From: an uncultured Pelolinea sp.
GTDB taxonomy: Bacteria > Chloroflexota > Anaerolineae > Anaerolineales > Anaerolineaceae
NCBI GenBank assembly: GCA_964386805.1
Contig: CAYLUJ010000001.1
Coordinates: 1 to 56,849 of the forward strand
DNA length: 56,849 bases
Direction: 5' to 3'
Of this stretch, positions 45,724 through 54,955 are shown piece by piece. The position numbers and the translations under genes were made by a program. The notes beneath the pieces were generated by a model, which worked only from the letters and a program-made list of their open reading frames with translations, did no database searches and had not been told where the DNA came from. The first letter of the stretch is position 1, and each line of letters starts with the position of its first letter.

Positions 45724-48596
45724 CGTACACCTCCTTTATATGCTCCCTTTGGAGATTTTTTTCTCTCAATCCATTTCCGAATTTCATCCGCAATTATTAA
45801 TAACGGTGTCCAGGCAAACAAGAACAGCCAATACTTTAATGGAAAACTGTATGTTCCGATAAACTGATGGAAGAACGGAACATAAACAATTGCGAATATT
45901 ACTACCAGTTCCGTGAGAACACCTATCCAGATCATTTTATTATTGAATAGCTTTATTTTGAAAATGGATGTTCTCTCAGTACGCTGTGTAAAAAGGTTTC
46001 CAACTTGTGTAATTACCACCCCCGCTAATGCCATGGCGGTTGCAGAATGGTAGAGATTACCGAATCCGGGAAGATCGATCCACTGACCGGCAAAACCATT
46101 CGCCCAATAATAATAGTAAAAGGCAGCCATAGAGGCGACTCCTTCCAGAGGTCCCAGTATCAAATATGCGCGAGCAAGAAGTTGGGGAGTGACCACATGT
46201 TCCTTCAAATCACGAGGGGGTTGCTGCATAATACCCGGTTCGGGTGGCTCAGCACCCAGAGCCAGAGCGGGAACCAAATCTGTCCCCAAATCCACTGCCA
46301 AAACATGCATCACATTCAATGCCAATGGAATACGTGCAGCAGAAAATGCATACAAAATAAAGGGAACAGCTTCCGGTGCATTACTGGTGAAGATATACGT
46401 GGAGAATTTTTTAATGTTGGCATACACTGCGCGACCCTCTTCAACAGCATTGACAATGGAAGCAAAATTGTCGTCCAGTAAGATCATGGCGGCCGCTTCT
46501 TTTGCGACATCACTACCAGTGAGGCCCATGGCCACCCCAATATTAGCCCGTTTCAAAGCCGGAGCATCATTCACCCCATCCCCAGTCACTGCCACAACGT
46601 GCCCCAGATCTTGCAGAGCCATCACCACTCGCAACTTATGTTCAGGAGCAACTCTGGCAAATATCACCTCATTGTTAAAGGCATCTTTTAACTCATCATC
46701 CCCAAGTTTATCCAGTTCAAAACCGGTGATGATTCTAGGATTGGGTGAATTCACAATACCCACTCGGCGGGCAATGCTTTCAGCTGTCAATCCATAATCA
46801 CCTGTAATCATGATAACACGTATGCCGGCTTGATTACATTTTTGCACTGCAGTACTGATCTCTGCGCGGGGTGGATCCATCATAGCAACCAATCCCAGGA
46901 GGGTTAGGTTGTGTTCCACATCTTCAGCAGATTGTGAGGTCAGGTCTTTCGGTAATCTGCGGAACGCCACAGCCAGAACGCGCAAGCCATCTCTTGCCAT
47001 AGCGTCATTTTCTTCAACAGCAGCATTTTTCAATTCTTCAGATAATGGAAAAACTTCTCCAGAGATGGATATGTGTGTACAAAGTTCCAGCAGTTCTTTC
47101 GGAGCTCCCTTCACATACGCGATACGCGGCGTTTGTGCAAAAGATGAGCCACGCATTCCTTGCGATTGTTCCAGATGAATGGTGGACATGCGTTTGCGCC
47201 TTGAATCAAAGGGAATTTCCATAATACGAGGATAGGTACGCAGTTCTTCCTCTTCATCCAACTGACCTTTTTGTGCTGCAACCTTTAATGCAGCTTCTGT
47301 CGGATCACCCAGAATTCGCCATGCGGTTTCTTCTCCCTGAGGTGCAATTAAGCGCGAGTTATTGCATAAAAGAATTGCTCGCAGGATCTCCTGCAAATCA
47401 GTATTCCGTACTATTAAATCAGCCCTATTTTTCCATTGAAAATTGCCTGTTGGGTTGTAGCCAATGCCATTGACCTCGATCGTACCACCTGTGTAAAGCG
47501 TCTCGTTATTTGCAGATTGAGGGATCCAGAGCCGGCGCACCGTCATCTCATTTTGAGTCAGAGTACCGGTTTTATCGGTACAGATAACCGTGGTGCAGCC
47601 GAGTGTTTCCACGGCTGATAATTTTTTGACCAAAGCTTGGCGTTTTGCCATGCGTTGCGTACCCATAGCCAAAGCCAGAGTTACTGTTGGAGCCAGTCCT
47701 TCAGGAACAAAAGCAACGACCATACCAATCCCAAAAATGAAACTTTCCAGAGGTGTAATATTCGTCAATAATAAAGCCAGAACAAAGAACGCAGCTCCAA
47801 CCAAAACTGCTATCAAAGTTACTATCTTTGTAATGGACTTCATTTCAACCTGCAGCGGGCTTAATTCTTCTTTCATGGTTTGGGTAAGGTGTGCAATTTT
47901 CCCGAATTCGGTCTGCATGGCAGTGGCATACACGATCCCTTTGGCTGTACCGGCGGCAACACTGGTACCTGCAAATACCAGGTTGGGTTGCTCAGTTAAG
48001 GAAATATCGTTCATCGTAGAAGGATCGGCGCTCTTGCCAACTGGTCGTGATTCCCCCGTCAGCGTTGATTGATCAACACGGAAAGCCGCCTGTTCTACCA
48101 AGCGGCAATCGGCTGAAATCTTTTCACCTTCAGCAAACAATACTACATCACCCGGTATCAGTTCTTCAGCCAGGATTCTTTCTTCCTGCCCTTCCCGTAG
48201 AACCCGCGTATATGTCGGTAGCAGTTTGCGTAGTTCTTCAGAGGCTTTTTCAGCGCGAAACTCCTGCCAAAAACTAAAAGCACCGTTAATGACATTGACC
48301 ATCCATACTGCAATTGCCAGTTGCGGCATTTTTGCAACAATTGCAGCGATGCCACTTACCCAAAGCAGAATTGCCATCATATGGGTAAAATTGGCTAGAA
48401 ATTTGATAAAGAGTGGTGTTTTCTTCTCACTTTGCAGAAGATTGGGTCCATATTTCTTCTGGCGAGAAACCACTTCTTGTTTCGCCAATCCAGCGGGAGA
48501 TGACTCCAAAAGAGCATAAGCATTTTCTGCTTGAGTAGTTACAAGTTTAGTTCGATCAATATTTAAAGCGTTCACATCTTCCTTAAAGTAATACAT
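45720..48596 (-). CDS. P2-type cation-transporting P-type ATPase
   Basis: 958 aa. TGES, PEGL, DKTGTLT, TGDGVNDAPALK, 10-TM layout and an N-terminal cation-ATPase-N region. Confidence 0.93.
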   Translation of the reverse strand: MYYFKEDVNALNIDRTKLVTTQAENAYALLESSPAGLAKQEVVSRQKKYGPNLLQSEKKTPLFIKFLANFTHMMAILLWVSGIAAIVAKMPQLAIAVWMVNVINGAFSFWQEFRAEKASEELRKLLPTYTRVLREGQEERILAEELIPGDVVLFAEGEKISADCRLVEQAAFRVDQSTLTGESRPVGKSADPSTMNDISLTEQPNLVFAGTSVAAGTAKGIVYATAMQTEFGKIAHLTQTMKEELSPLQVEMKSITKIVTLIAVLVGAAFFVLALLLTNITPLESFIFGIGMVVAFVPEGLAPTVTLALAMGTQRMAKRQALVKKLSAVETLGCTTVICTDKTGTLTQNEMTVRRLWIPQSANNETLYTGGTIEVNGIGYNPTGNFQWKNRADLIVRNTDLQEILRAILLCNNSRLIAPQGEETAWRILGDPTEAALKVAAQKGQLDEEEELRTYPRIMEIPFDSRRKRMSTIHLEQSQGMRGSSFAQTPRIAYVKGAPKELLELCTHISISGEVFPLSEELKNAAVEENDAMARDGLRVLAVAFRRLPKDLTSQSAEDVEHNLTLLGLVAMMDPPRAEISTAVQKCNQAGIRVIMITGDYGLTAESIARRVGIVNSPNPRIITGFELDKLGDDELKDAFNNEVIFARVAPEHKLRVVMALQDLGHVVAVTGDGVNDAPALKRANIGVAMGLTGSDVAKEAAAMILLDDNFASIVNAVEEGRAVYANIKKFSTYIFTSNAPEAVPFILYAFSAARIPLALNVMHVLAVDLGTDLVPALALGAEPPEPGIMQQPPRDLKEHVVTPQLLARAYLILGPLEGVASMAAFYYYYWANGFAGQWIDLPGFGNLYHSATAMALAGVVITQVGNLFTQRTERTSIFKIKLFNNKMIWIGVLTELVVIFAIVYVPFFHQFIGTYSFPLKYWLFLFAWTPLLIIADEIRKWIERKKSPKGAYKGGVR

Positions 48597-48790
48597 TCTT
48601 TATGATAATTGGATATTTGTTATTACAGAAGGGTGAAATAATACTACGGATTGTAAAATTAGCAAGATGAACTGACCTGTCGACACGCACATACCCTCTT
48701 GCCATGCATTCATTAGGTATTGATGACACATATTTATATTTTCGTGGACAGGCTTTCAATTGTATAAAATACAGTCTCCTTTGATCGTTC

Positions 48791-49561
48791 CTACTTATGG
48801 AAACTTTCATGATTTTGGCTTATTTCACCCATCACGAAATCAACAATCTTTTGCAGGCGTTTGTAGTATGCTCCTCTCCAATATATTTGTCCACAATCTG
48901 CACAGAGGGAAAATTCTTGAAAGTGCTCACGGGTTCCAGGCAGCAACTGCTCGGAAACAACATCTTTTTCAACAGGTTGGAGAAAACCATTACAGCGGGT
49001 ACAGCGTGTGAAAGGGCTTATTTGAGTTGCAAGTTGAAATCTTCTCATGACTTCAACGATCTGTTCTCGTGAATCAAGCGTTCTTACCAAATATCCGTGT
49101 TCAATTTGATTTCGTTTTAGCAGACCACGATCTCTTGTCAGGCAGATCCTTTTCTCTTTTTCTGAAATTTCTGCCAGTTCTTCATCAGAAAAATCATTAC
49201 GGTAACACACGTCAAAACCAAGCAAGCGTAGATAAACTGCCAATCTACCCAAATGGCAATCCAACACGAACTTTGTCTCACGTAGCGGACTTGGACGCAG
49301 GATGGTCACCCCTGAGATATCAATTGTTTCAAAGATCGGATAAACGCTGACCCGGTCGTCATCCTGTACTTGATAGGAAAAATTCACCGAAACTCCGTTC
49401 ACAAGGATAAGATCTACCTCAGTATGTGGTACTCCGCAGGACTCGATGAGATGTTTGACAGTCTGACCGGCAGGAAAGGAGATCACAAAACTTATATATT
49501 TCCAATTGGGCTGTAAAAAATCATTCAATTCCGCATAAAAACGAAATGTGGCTGAATTCAT
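48791..49561 (-). CDS. Mut7-C (DUF82, PIN-like) RNase-domain protein with N-terminal ubiquitin-like domain and C-terminal zinc ribbon
   Basis: The N-terminal beta-grasp-like segment ends ...DDDRVSVYP. PIN-like core FVLDCHLGRLAVYLRLLGFD. CTRCNG...CADCGQIYW zinc ribbon. Confidence 0.75.
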   Translation of the reverse strand: MNSATFRFYAELNDFLQPNWKYISFVISFPAGQTVKHLIESCGVPHTEVDLILVNGVSVNFSYQVQDDDRVSVYPIFETIDISGVTILRPSPLRETKFVLDCHLGRLAVYLRLLGFDVCYRNDFSDEELAEISEKEKRICLTRDRGLLKRNQIEHGYLVRTLDSREQIVEVMRRFQLATQISPFTRCTRCNGFLQPVEKDVVSEQLLPGTREHFQEFSLCADCGQIYWRGAYYKRLQKIVDFVMGEISQNHESFHK

Positions 49562-49738
49562 TGATTTCTATTTCCTTCAATGAAATGAGTATACGGTAAA
49601 TAACACAAGCCAAATGCAAGAATTATCAAAAATTAGAAGGTGATATTTGAATTTCGATGAAGAGAACTGATAAATAAATTCAGCCCATAATTATTCACGA
49701 TCAGGTTTATGTACATTATTTTAAAAATTTGTGGAAGG

Positions 49739-51499
49739 TTATGATCTGTTACGGATCAAATCAAGCAGTGCCAATGCTGCGTTTTCTGGGCCCTTTTGTT
49801 CTTGCCCCGGGATGCCCAACATGGTACGAAGTTGACCGACATAAAGACCCTTTTCAAAAAAAGCGCTGAAATATCTCTCGGCAATTTCGTCATGCAAGGC
49901 TTGATATTGAACCGGTCCAAAAATATTAGCAAAATAATTTTCAACGATCCCGGTGGAAGTGGTCGTGCCTTTACTCATCACCGCCCCTCGCCGAAAAACC
50001 TTCAGGGCATCGGTGGGAGTAGTGAATTGTTCTATGGAAAGATGGTCAAAATCAACCACTTCATAATTGTTCGCATATAAAACTGCATCTACGGGAATAC
50101 CTTCGATCAGATATTCATAGCGAGTAACTGGCAAAACCACCCGTGCATTTATCTGATCTGGATTCATGATGATGGTACGGTCCATTTGACCAAATGCATA
50201 CCCGGCTTGCAGATCATCCAGGCGCACAAAGGCACCCATTTCCGTCCCATATCCCGCAATTTTGCTATCTGGTTGGAGAGAAAATGAACCCATATCATCG
50301 GCTACAATCAGTATTTCTTGAATATCGGCAGATTGAATGCGGCGTAACGCTTCGATCGTTTCCGATTTCCCTGCTCCAGAATCGCCCATAATAACCAGGG
50401 TAAAAGGATCGCCATTTTTCAAGGTTATGCGAATCATGGCACCATGGAACGGCAGCAGCCCGGTACGCATGCGTTTGATATTGTGCAGGGTCAGAATCAT
50501 CTTCTTTAAATATCCAAAGTACTCGAATTCATCCTTATTTGGAATCGAACCAATCAGACAATCATTTTCTACATCTTCATAGAAAATGGTTTCATTCCCA
50601 TTCACCTGCAGGGCAGACTCCGGTGGTACTCCATAGATGAAGATGGCATCCGGTTTGCGTTTTAGATCTTCCTCTTCCGCTAGTTCAAAAAGATTGCAGA
50701 GCGAAAAGCCCAACTCAAACAAATCAAGCGAAAAATACACCATCACCAACAGTTCACCAACTTTCGCTGGATAACAAAGCCACTCATTGGGTTGCAGGTT
50801 CAAATTCGTAAGTGGATTCTTATCCACCCTCTCAAATTGCCCAGTTCTTTTATTCATGGGTGTTTTAAAAATCATAGGGGGGTATATCAACGCTTGTCGA
50901 ATAACAAATACATCCTGCAGCACATCATAAACACCAGCAGGATAATTAATATGGTAAGGCAGTGTAATTGCTCCGACCTCTGCTCCAGCGCTCACCTGGC
51001 GGTAAATCTTGGGATGATTGCCGGTGATATTTTCCTGGATGGTACGATAAGTTGAACGGACAATATGCATGAGGCTTTCAACCAGATCATTGAAGGTTCG
51101 ATATGGCTTTTGATCAAACCGGTCAAAGACAGAATCACAAATGATGAGTCGGTGAAGAGAGCGCCAATAATTGTATAACTGCTCCACAAACTCATTGAGT
51201 AAAAAAGGATTCTTGAGAAAAGAGGTGGAACCCTCGACGATTTTTTCAACTTTTTCGGCAGGCAGACGTGAGAGATAGAATAAAACATCAATCAACGTTT
51301 CCATTGAATGACGGTCAATCTTTGAATCGGGAAAAACTTCTAATAAAGTCGATTGATGTTGTTCCAGGTTTTCCAGAAAGCGCCAGAGCACCTTTGCGAA
51401 CAATTCACTTTTTATTAATTCTTCTGAATTATTGCAAACGCGGTTCCGTACTCGTAGAACAATTTTCTCGTCGTAAAAGTGAAATGATCCGTTCTGCAT
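49739..51499 (-). CDS. Uncharacterised 586-aa protein with a C-terminal HprK/PEPCK-like P-loop kinase module
   Basis: LVIMGDSGAGKSETIEALRR...ILIVADDMGSF...GTEMGAFVRLDDL resembles the HPr kinase / PEP carboxykinase nucleotide-binding core. I do not recognise the ~330-aa N-terminal region. Confidence 0.5.
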   Translation of the reverse strand: MQNGSFHFYDEKIVLRVRNRVCNNSEELIKSELFAKVLWRFLENLEQHQSTLLEVFPDSKIDRHSMETLIDVLFYLSRLPAEKVEKIVEGSTSFLKNPFLLNEFVEQLYNYWRSLHRLIICDSVFDRFDQKPYRTFNDLVESLMHIVRSTYRTIQENITGNHPKIYRQVSAGAEVGAITLPYHINYPAGVYDVLQDVFVIRQALIYPPMIFKTPMNKRTGQFERVDKNPLTNLNLQPNEWLCYPAKVGELLVMVYFSLDLFELGFSLCNLFELAEEEDLKRKPDAIFIYGVPPESALQVNGNETIFYEDVENDCLIGSIPNKDEFEYFGYLKKMILTLHNIKRMRTGLLPFHGAMIRITLKNGDPFTLVIMGDSGAGKSETIEALRRIQSADIQEILIVADDMGSFSLQPDSKIAGYGTEMGAFVRLDDLQAGYAFGQMDRTIIMNPDQINARVVLPVTRYEYLIEGIPVDAVLYANNYEVVDFDHLSIEQFTTPTDALKVFRRGAVMSKGTTTSTGIVENYFANIFGPVQYQALHDEIAERYFSAFFEKGLYVGQLRTMLGIPGQEQKGPENAALALLDLIRNRS

Positions 51500-51511
51500 T
51501 CTATTCTCGGT

Positions 51512-51538
51512 TGTCCTAATATTTAGGACATTGTCCTA
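51512..51538. promoter_or_regulatory. Overlapping palindromes (three TGTCCTA/TAGGACA half-sites) immediately upstream of the 586-aa gene; candidate operator
   Basis: TGTCCTA (51512-18), TAGGACA (51524-30), TGTCCTA (51532-38), located 13-40 nt from the start codon at 51499. Confidence 0.4.
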
Positions 51539-51598
51539 TTATTGAATGGCATATTATAGTAAATTAATCATCATCAGTCAATGACCCAATCGTACTCT

Positions 51599-52348
51599 CT
51601 AATGAGACAAAATTTGTGAGAGGAACTGCCTTGTCCGATCACAGGCAGGATGTTCGAAAAACTCTTCTGGAGCAGCCTGTTCGACGATCTTACCCATATC
51701 CATAAAGATGACCTCATCAGCCGCCGCTTTGGCAAATCCCATTTCGTGTGTGACGATCACCATGGTCATGCCTTCTTTTACAAGCAACTGCATGACATCC
51801 AGTACTTCTTTGATCATTTCAGGATCCAGAGCACTGGTTGGTTCATCAAAGAGCATCACCTTCGGTTCCATTGCCAAAGCCCGTGCAATCGCAACGCGCT
51901 GCTGCTGCCCGCCTGACAATTCGGATGGATAATAATCAGCCTTATCAGCAATACCCACTTTCATAAGCTGCTGCATGGCAATCTTCTTGGCTTCTTCTTT
52001 CTTTATCTTTTTAACAATGCGCAAAGCTAGCGTGATATTCTCGGTGACCGTCAGGTGCCCATAGAGATTGAAGTTTTGAAAGACCATTCCGATATTGGAG
52101 CGGATTGCATTGATGCGGTATTGGTTCTCAGACAAAGATACTCCATCCACAAAAACCTCTCCCTCTGTGGGTCGTTCAAGCCAGTTCATTGTTCGTAGTA
52201 GAGTTGACTTTCCCGAACCGCTGGGACCAATGATCACCAAGACTTGTTTGGAAAATACTTTAAGGCTAACCCCATTGACTGCTTCCACCACACCAAAACT
52301 CTTGGAAAGGTTCTTTACTTCGATCATGGGAAGGTTATTTTCGTTCAT
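51599..52348 (-). CDS. Polar amino acid ABC transporter ATP-binding protein (GlnQ/ArtP-like)
   Basis: Walker [10 protein letters not shown], signature [15 protein letters not shown], Walker [12 protein letters not shown]. Confidence 0.95.
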   Translation of the reverse strand: MNENNLPMIEVKNLSKSFGVVEAVNGVSLKVFSKQVLVIIGPSGSGKSTLLRTMNWLERPTEGEVFVDGVSLSENQYRINAIRSNIGMVFQNFNLYGHLTVTENITLALRIVKKIKKEEAKKIAMQQLMKVGIADKADYYPSELSGGQQQRVAIARALAMEPKVMLFDEPTSALDPEMIKEVLDVMQLLVKEGMTMVIVTHEMGFAKAAADEVIFMDMGKIVEQAAPEEFFEHPACDRTRQFLSQILSH

Positions 52349-53213
52349 TTCTTAATTTCCTTTCGATCACTTTCATGCATAATGAAAGAACGAGGGTGAG
52401 AGTCAAATACAAGACACATAAAATTGAATAAGCTTGTGCAAATTTAAAAGAATGACCTGCATATAACCGTGCGATCTGCGTGATATCACGTACTGCCAAA
52501 ATGGAAACAAGCGAGGTATCTTTCAGCATTGAAATGAGATCATTGCCAAGTGCCGGAAGAACATTGCGGATCGCCTGCGGCAGAATGACACAGCGCATGG
52601 CTTGCCAATGGTTCATTCCCTGTGAGCGAGCAGCTTCCATTTGACCTTTATTGATGGATTGGATCCCCGCTCGAAATATCTCTGCCGAGAAAGCCCCATA
52701 CGTGATCGCCAACGAAATGATCGCTCGAACATTATTGGGAACCGAACGGATCTCAATAGCGACCAGTTTTTCTCCGATCCCTAAAAGACCCACATCAATG
52801 AATACAGTACCAAGCGCATTGAGCAGTGTGATAAAACCAGGGATCAATACCAATGCAATAAAAAAAATGAGTACCAGGAGTGGAACACCTCGAATGATTT
52901 CCACATAAATGGTTGAGATATTTCTCCAGACAACACTTTCCGAGACCCGTCCCAATCCCGCCAATAAACCAATCAGCATCGCAATGCTGTATGCAATGAG
53001 CGTGGTTGTAATGGTGACGCCCATCCCGGCGCGAATGATAGTGAATGCATCTTTAAAATCAGGATTGATCTGGATCATCAAAAATGTAGTCAGGATCACC
53101 AGACCTATCGCAACCATCCACCATGGAAAATCTTTTTTCGTCAACTGCATATCATCAACAGGTTGCAGACCATTTTTATTTTTTTGTGTTACCAATCGGT
53201 CATTCACAGCCAT
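52335..53213 (-). CDS. Amino acid ABC transporter permease (HisM/GlnP family)
   Basis: EAA-type loop ([22 protein letters not shown]) and 5-6 TM segments. Overlaps the ATPase gene. Confidence 0.9.
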   Translation of the reverse strand: MAVNDRLVTQKNKNGLQPVDDMQLTKKDFPWWMVAIGLVILTTFLMIQINPDFKDAFTIIRAGMGVTITTTLIAYSIAMLIGLLAGLGRVSESVVWRNISTIYVEIIRGVPLLVLIFFIALVLIPGFITLLNALGTVFIDVGLLGIGEKLVAIEIRSVPNNVRAIISLAITYGAFSAEIFRAGIQSINKGQMEAARSQGMNHWQAMRCVILPQAIRNVLPALGNDLISMLKDTSLVSILAVRDITQIARLYAGHSFKFAQAYSILCVLYLTLTLVLSLCMKVIERKLRNERK

Positions 53214-53291
53214 CAGCCGCTCCCATCTAGTTTTTCCGTCAGATCAGCTTTGATGAACTGACCTGACGGATTCCTCTTTTTATTTCAATTC

Positions 53292-54173
53292 CTATTGAAT
53301 ATCGTCGTACGTGATCGTGAAATCGGGACCGAAGTATTTCAGGTTGATCTCATCCAGGCGACCACTATCCTTGAGGGCTTGAATTGCCAGATTTACTGGT
53401 TCAATCAGATCGCTACCTTTTTGGAAGGGAAATGCCAGTTGATCGCTTGAAATAGATGGACCAATTAACTCCAAGCTTTCGGCATTGGTGCCCATATAAC
53501 CCAAACCGGCTACCTCATCAATGAGAACCGCATCAATGTCTCCTGCGATCAAAGCTTGAACAGCGAATGGAAATTGTTCAAAAGCTTGAATACGATCCTC
53601 GGACAGGTAATTTTTAGCTGTTTCATAATTGGATGTTTGAGCCTGTGTACCAAGGATTAGATCCGTGTTCGTCACGATATCTTCGATGCTGGCAAAACGA
53701 TCTTCACCCTTGCGAACGAGCAAACGCTGTTCTACATTGACATACCCATCAGAAAAATCGACCTGCTCAAGACGTTCGGGGAGGATGGTAATACCATCGC
53801 CTGCCGTATCAACCAAGCCATCCTGCACAGATTGAACCATGACCTCCCAAGCCGATTCTTCAAAGACTGGTTTGCAGTGCAGTAGTTCACAAATGGCAGG
53901 CCAGACCTCATAATCCCAGCCACCGGCTTCGCCAGTTTCAGATGAGATATAGTTGAAGGGTAAATAAGCATTTTCAACCGCAATGGTGATTTCTCGACAA
54001 TCCAAATCAACCAATGCATCTTCAGCAGTGCCCAGGCATTCGTAAACCTGGTTTTCCATGCCAGTTTTTACTTCTTCACCGGAACCTTCTTCCGTTTCTC
54101 CTGATGAACAAGAAACCAGCATTAATGCAGTAATGATCGCAATAATCATTACAAGATTCATTTTTTTCTTCAT
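53292..54173 (-). CDS. Amino acid ABC transporter substrate-binding lipoprotein (SBP family 3)
   Basis: Start trimmed to the ATG at 54173 (SD AAAGGAGAAAG). Signal plus lipobox MKKKMNLVMIIAIITALMLVSC. Family-3 SBP pattern (YLPFNY...DGITI...R). Confidence 0.85.
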   Translation of the reverse strand: MKKKMNLVMIIAIITALMLVSCSSGETEEGSGEEVKTGMENQVYECLGTAEDALVDLDCREITIAVENAYLPFNYISSETGEAGGWDYEVWPAICELLHCKPVFEESAWEVMVQSVQDGLVDTAGDGITILPERLEQVDFSDGYVNVEQRLLVRKGEDRFASIEDIVTNTDLILGTQAQTSNYETAKNYLSEDRIQAFEQFPFAVQALIAGDIDAVLIDEVAGLGYMGTNAESLELIGPSISSDQLAFPFQKGSDLIEPVNLAIQALKDSGRLDEINLKYFGPDFTITYDDIQ

Positions 54174-54254
54174 TTCTTTCTCCTTTGGCATTTTCATAAA
54201 AAATCTCTTTGACAAACTGTTCCTCTCTCCGGGACACCTCCTGTGCGCTGATAA

Positions 54255-54283
54255 CAAAAAAGGCTTTCCTTCTTGGAAAGCCT
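54255..54283 (-). terminator. Intrinsic-terminator-like hairpin inside the ABC operon 5' leader (candidate attenuator)
   Basis: Minus strand: AGGCTTTCC-aagaa-GGAAAGCCT followed by TTTTTTG, about 80 nt upstream of the SBP start and about 115 nt downstream of the predicted promoter. Confidence 0.5.
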
Positions 54284-54399
54284 CTCCTCTTCAGCACTTG
54301 TATTAACACCTAACCATAACGAGAACAGCTCCTCCAATCAGGGAGTCATAAAAAGTATTCGGTCGGATCTCATGGTTTCGGTGTTGCATATTGCGCGCA

Positions 54400-54428
54400 A
54401 ATATACTAAAAAAAAAAGAATTTGTCAA
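54400..54428 (-). promoter_or_regulatory. Near-consensus sigma-70 promoter for the amino-acid ABC operon
   Basis: Minus strand: TTGACA (54423-54428), 17-nt spacer containing T10, TATATT (54400-54405). Confidence 0.6.
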
Positions 54429-54492
54429 GGTTCATTATGAATGTCACCCAATAGATATGACATTCGTTATTGTGATAATTTAATCACTTGTT

Positions 54493-54696
54493 CTATAAAA
54501 TGATCGACAAAATCCTGTGCGCGTACCTTAAAAGCAGCATACCTACTGGCAGGTTTGTGATCGCGATAATAGAAATCGTAAAAGTTTTTTCCAAGTGCAT
54601 TCCGTAATTCGTGTCTACGTCAATTACCAAATGAGAGAGTTTTTTAAAAAAATCCGCCAATACTAGAGAATCGTTCAATGCACATCCCATCACCAT
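54493..54696 (-). CDS. Small hypothetical protein (67 aa)
   Basis: AGGAGGA lies 5 nt upstream of the ATG at 54696. No family recognised. Confidence 0.35.
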   Translation of the reverse strand: MVMGCALNDSLVLADFFKKLSHLVIDVDTNYGMHLEKTFTISIIAITNLPVGMLLLRYAHRILSIIL

Positions 54697-54955
54697 CAAT
54701 TCCTCCTGACATAATGTAACGTATTAATCGCGAAATCACTAAAACAGAGACTCTAAACTTCTTACAGTAGTTTAACCATCAGAATCGGTTAACATTGTCA
54801 TTATAAAAGTTGAAGAGTTTTCTTCCGTAAGTACTTCTGCGGGTGTAATTTATTTTTAATGCACATGCAAATAATGTTTAAAAAAAATACCAGATACAAC
54901 TTCTATTCAGCATTCTCTGCCTAATTTTTATCTTTGATTACAGAAACTACTCCGT

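Noticed and set aside
54285-54395. Possible 28-codon leader peptide (MQHRNHEIRPNTFYDSLIGGAVLVMVRC) in the ABC operon leader.
   Set aside because: It has no SD and no run of regulatory codons for a particular amino acid, so it is probably fortuitous.
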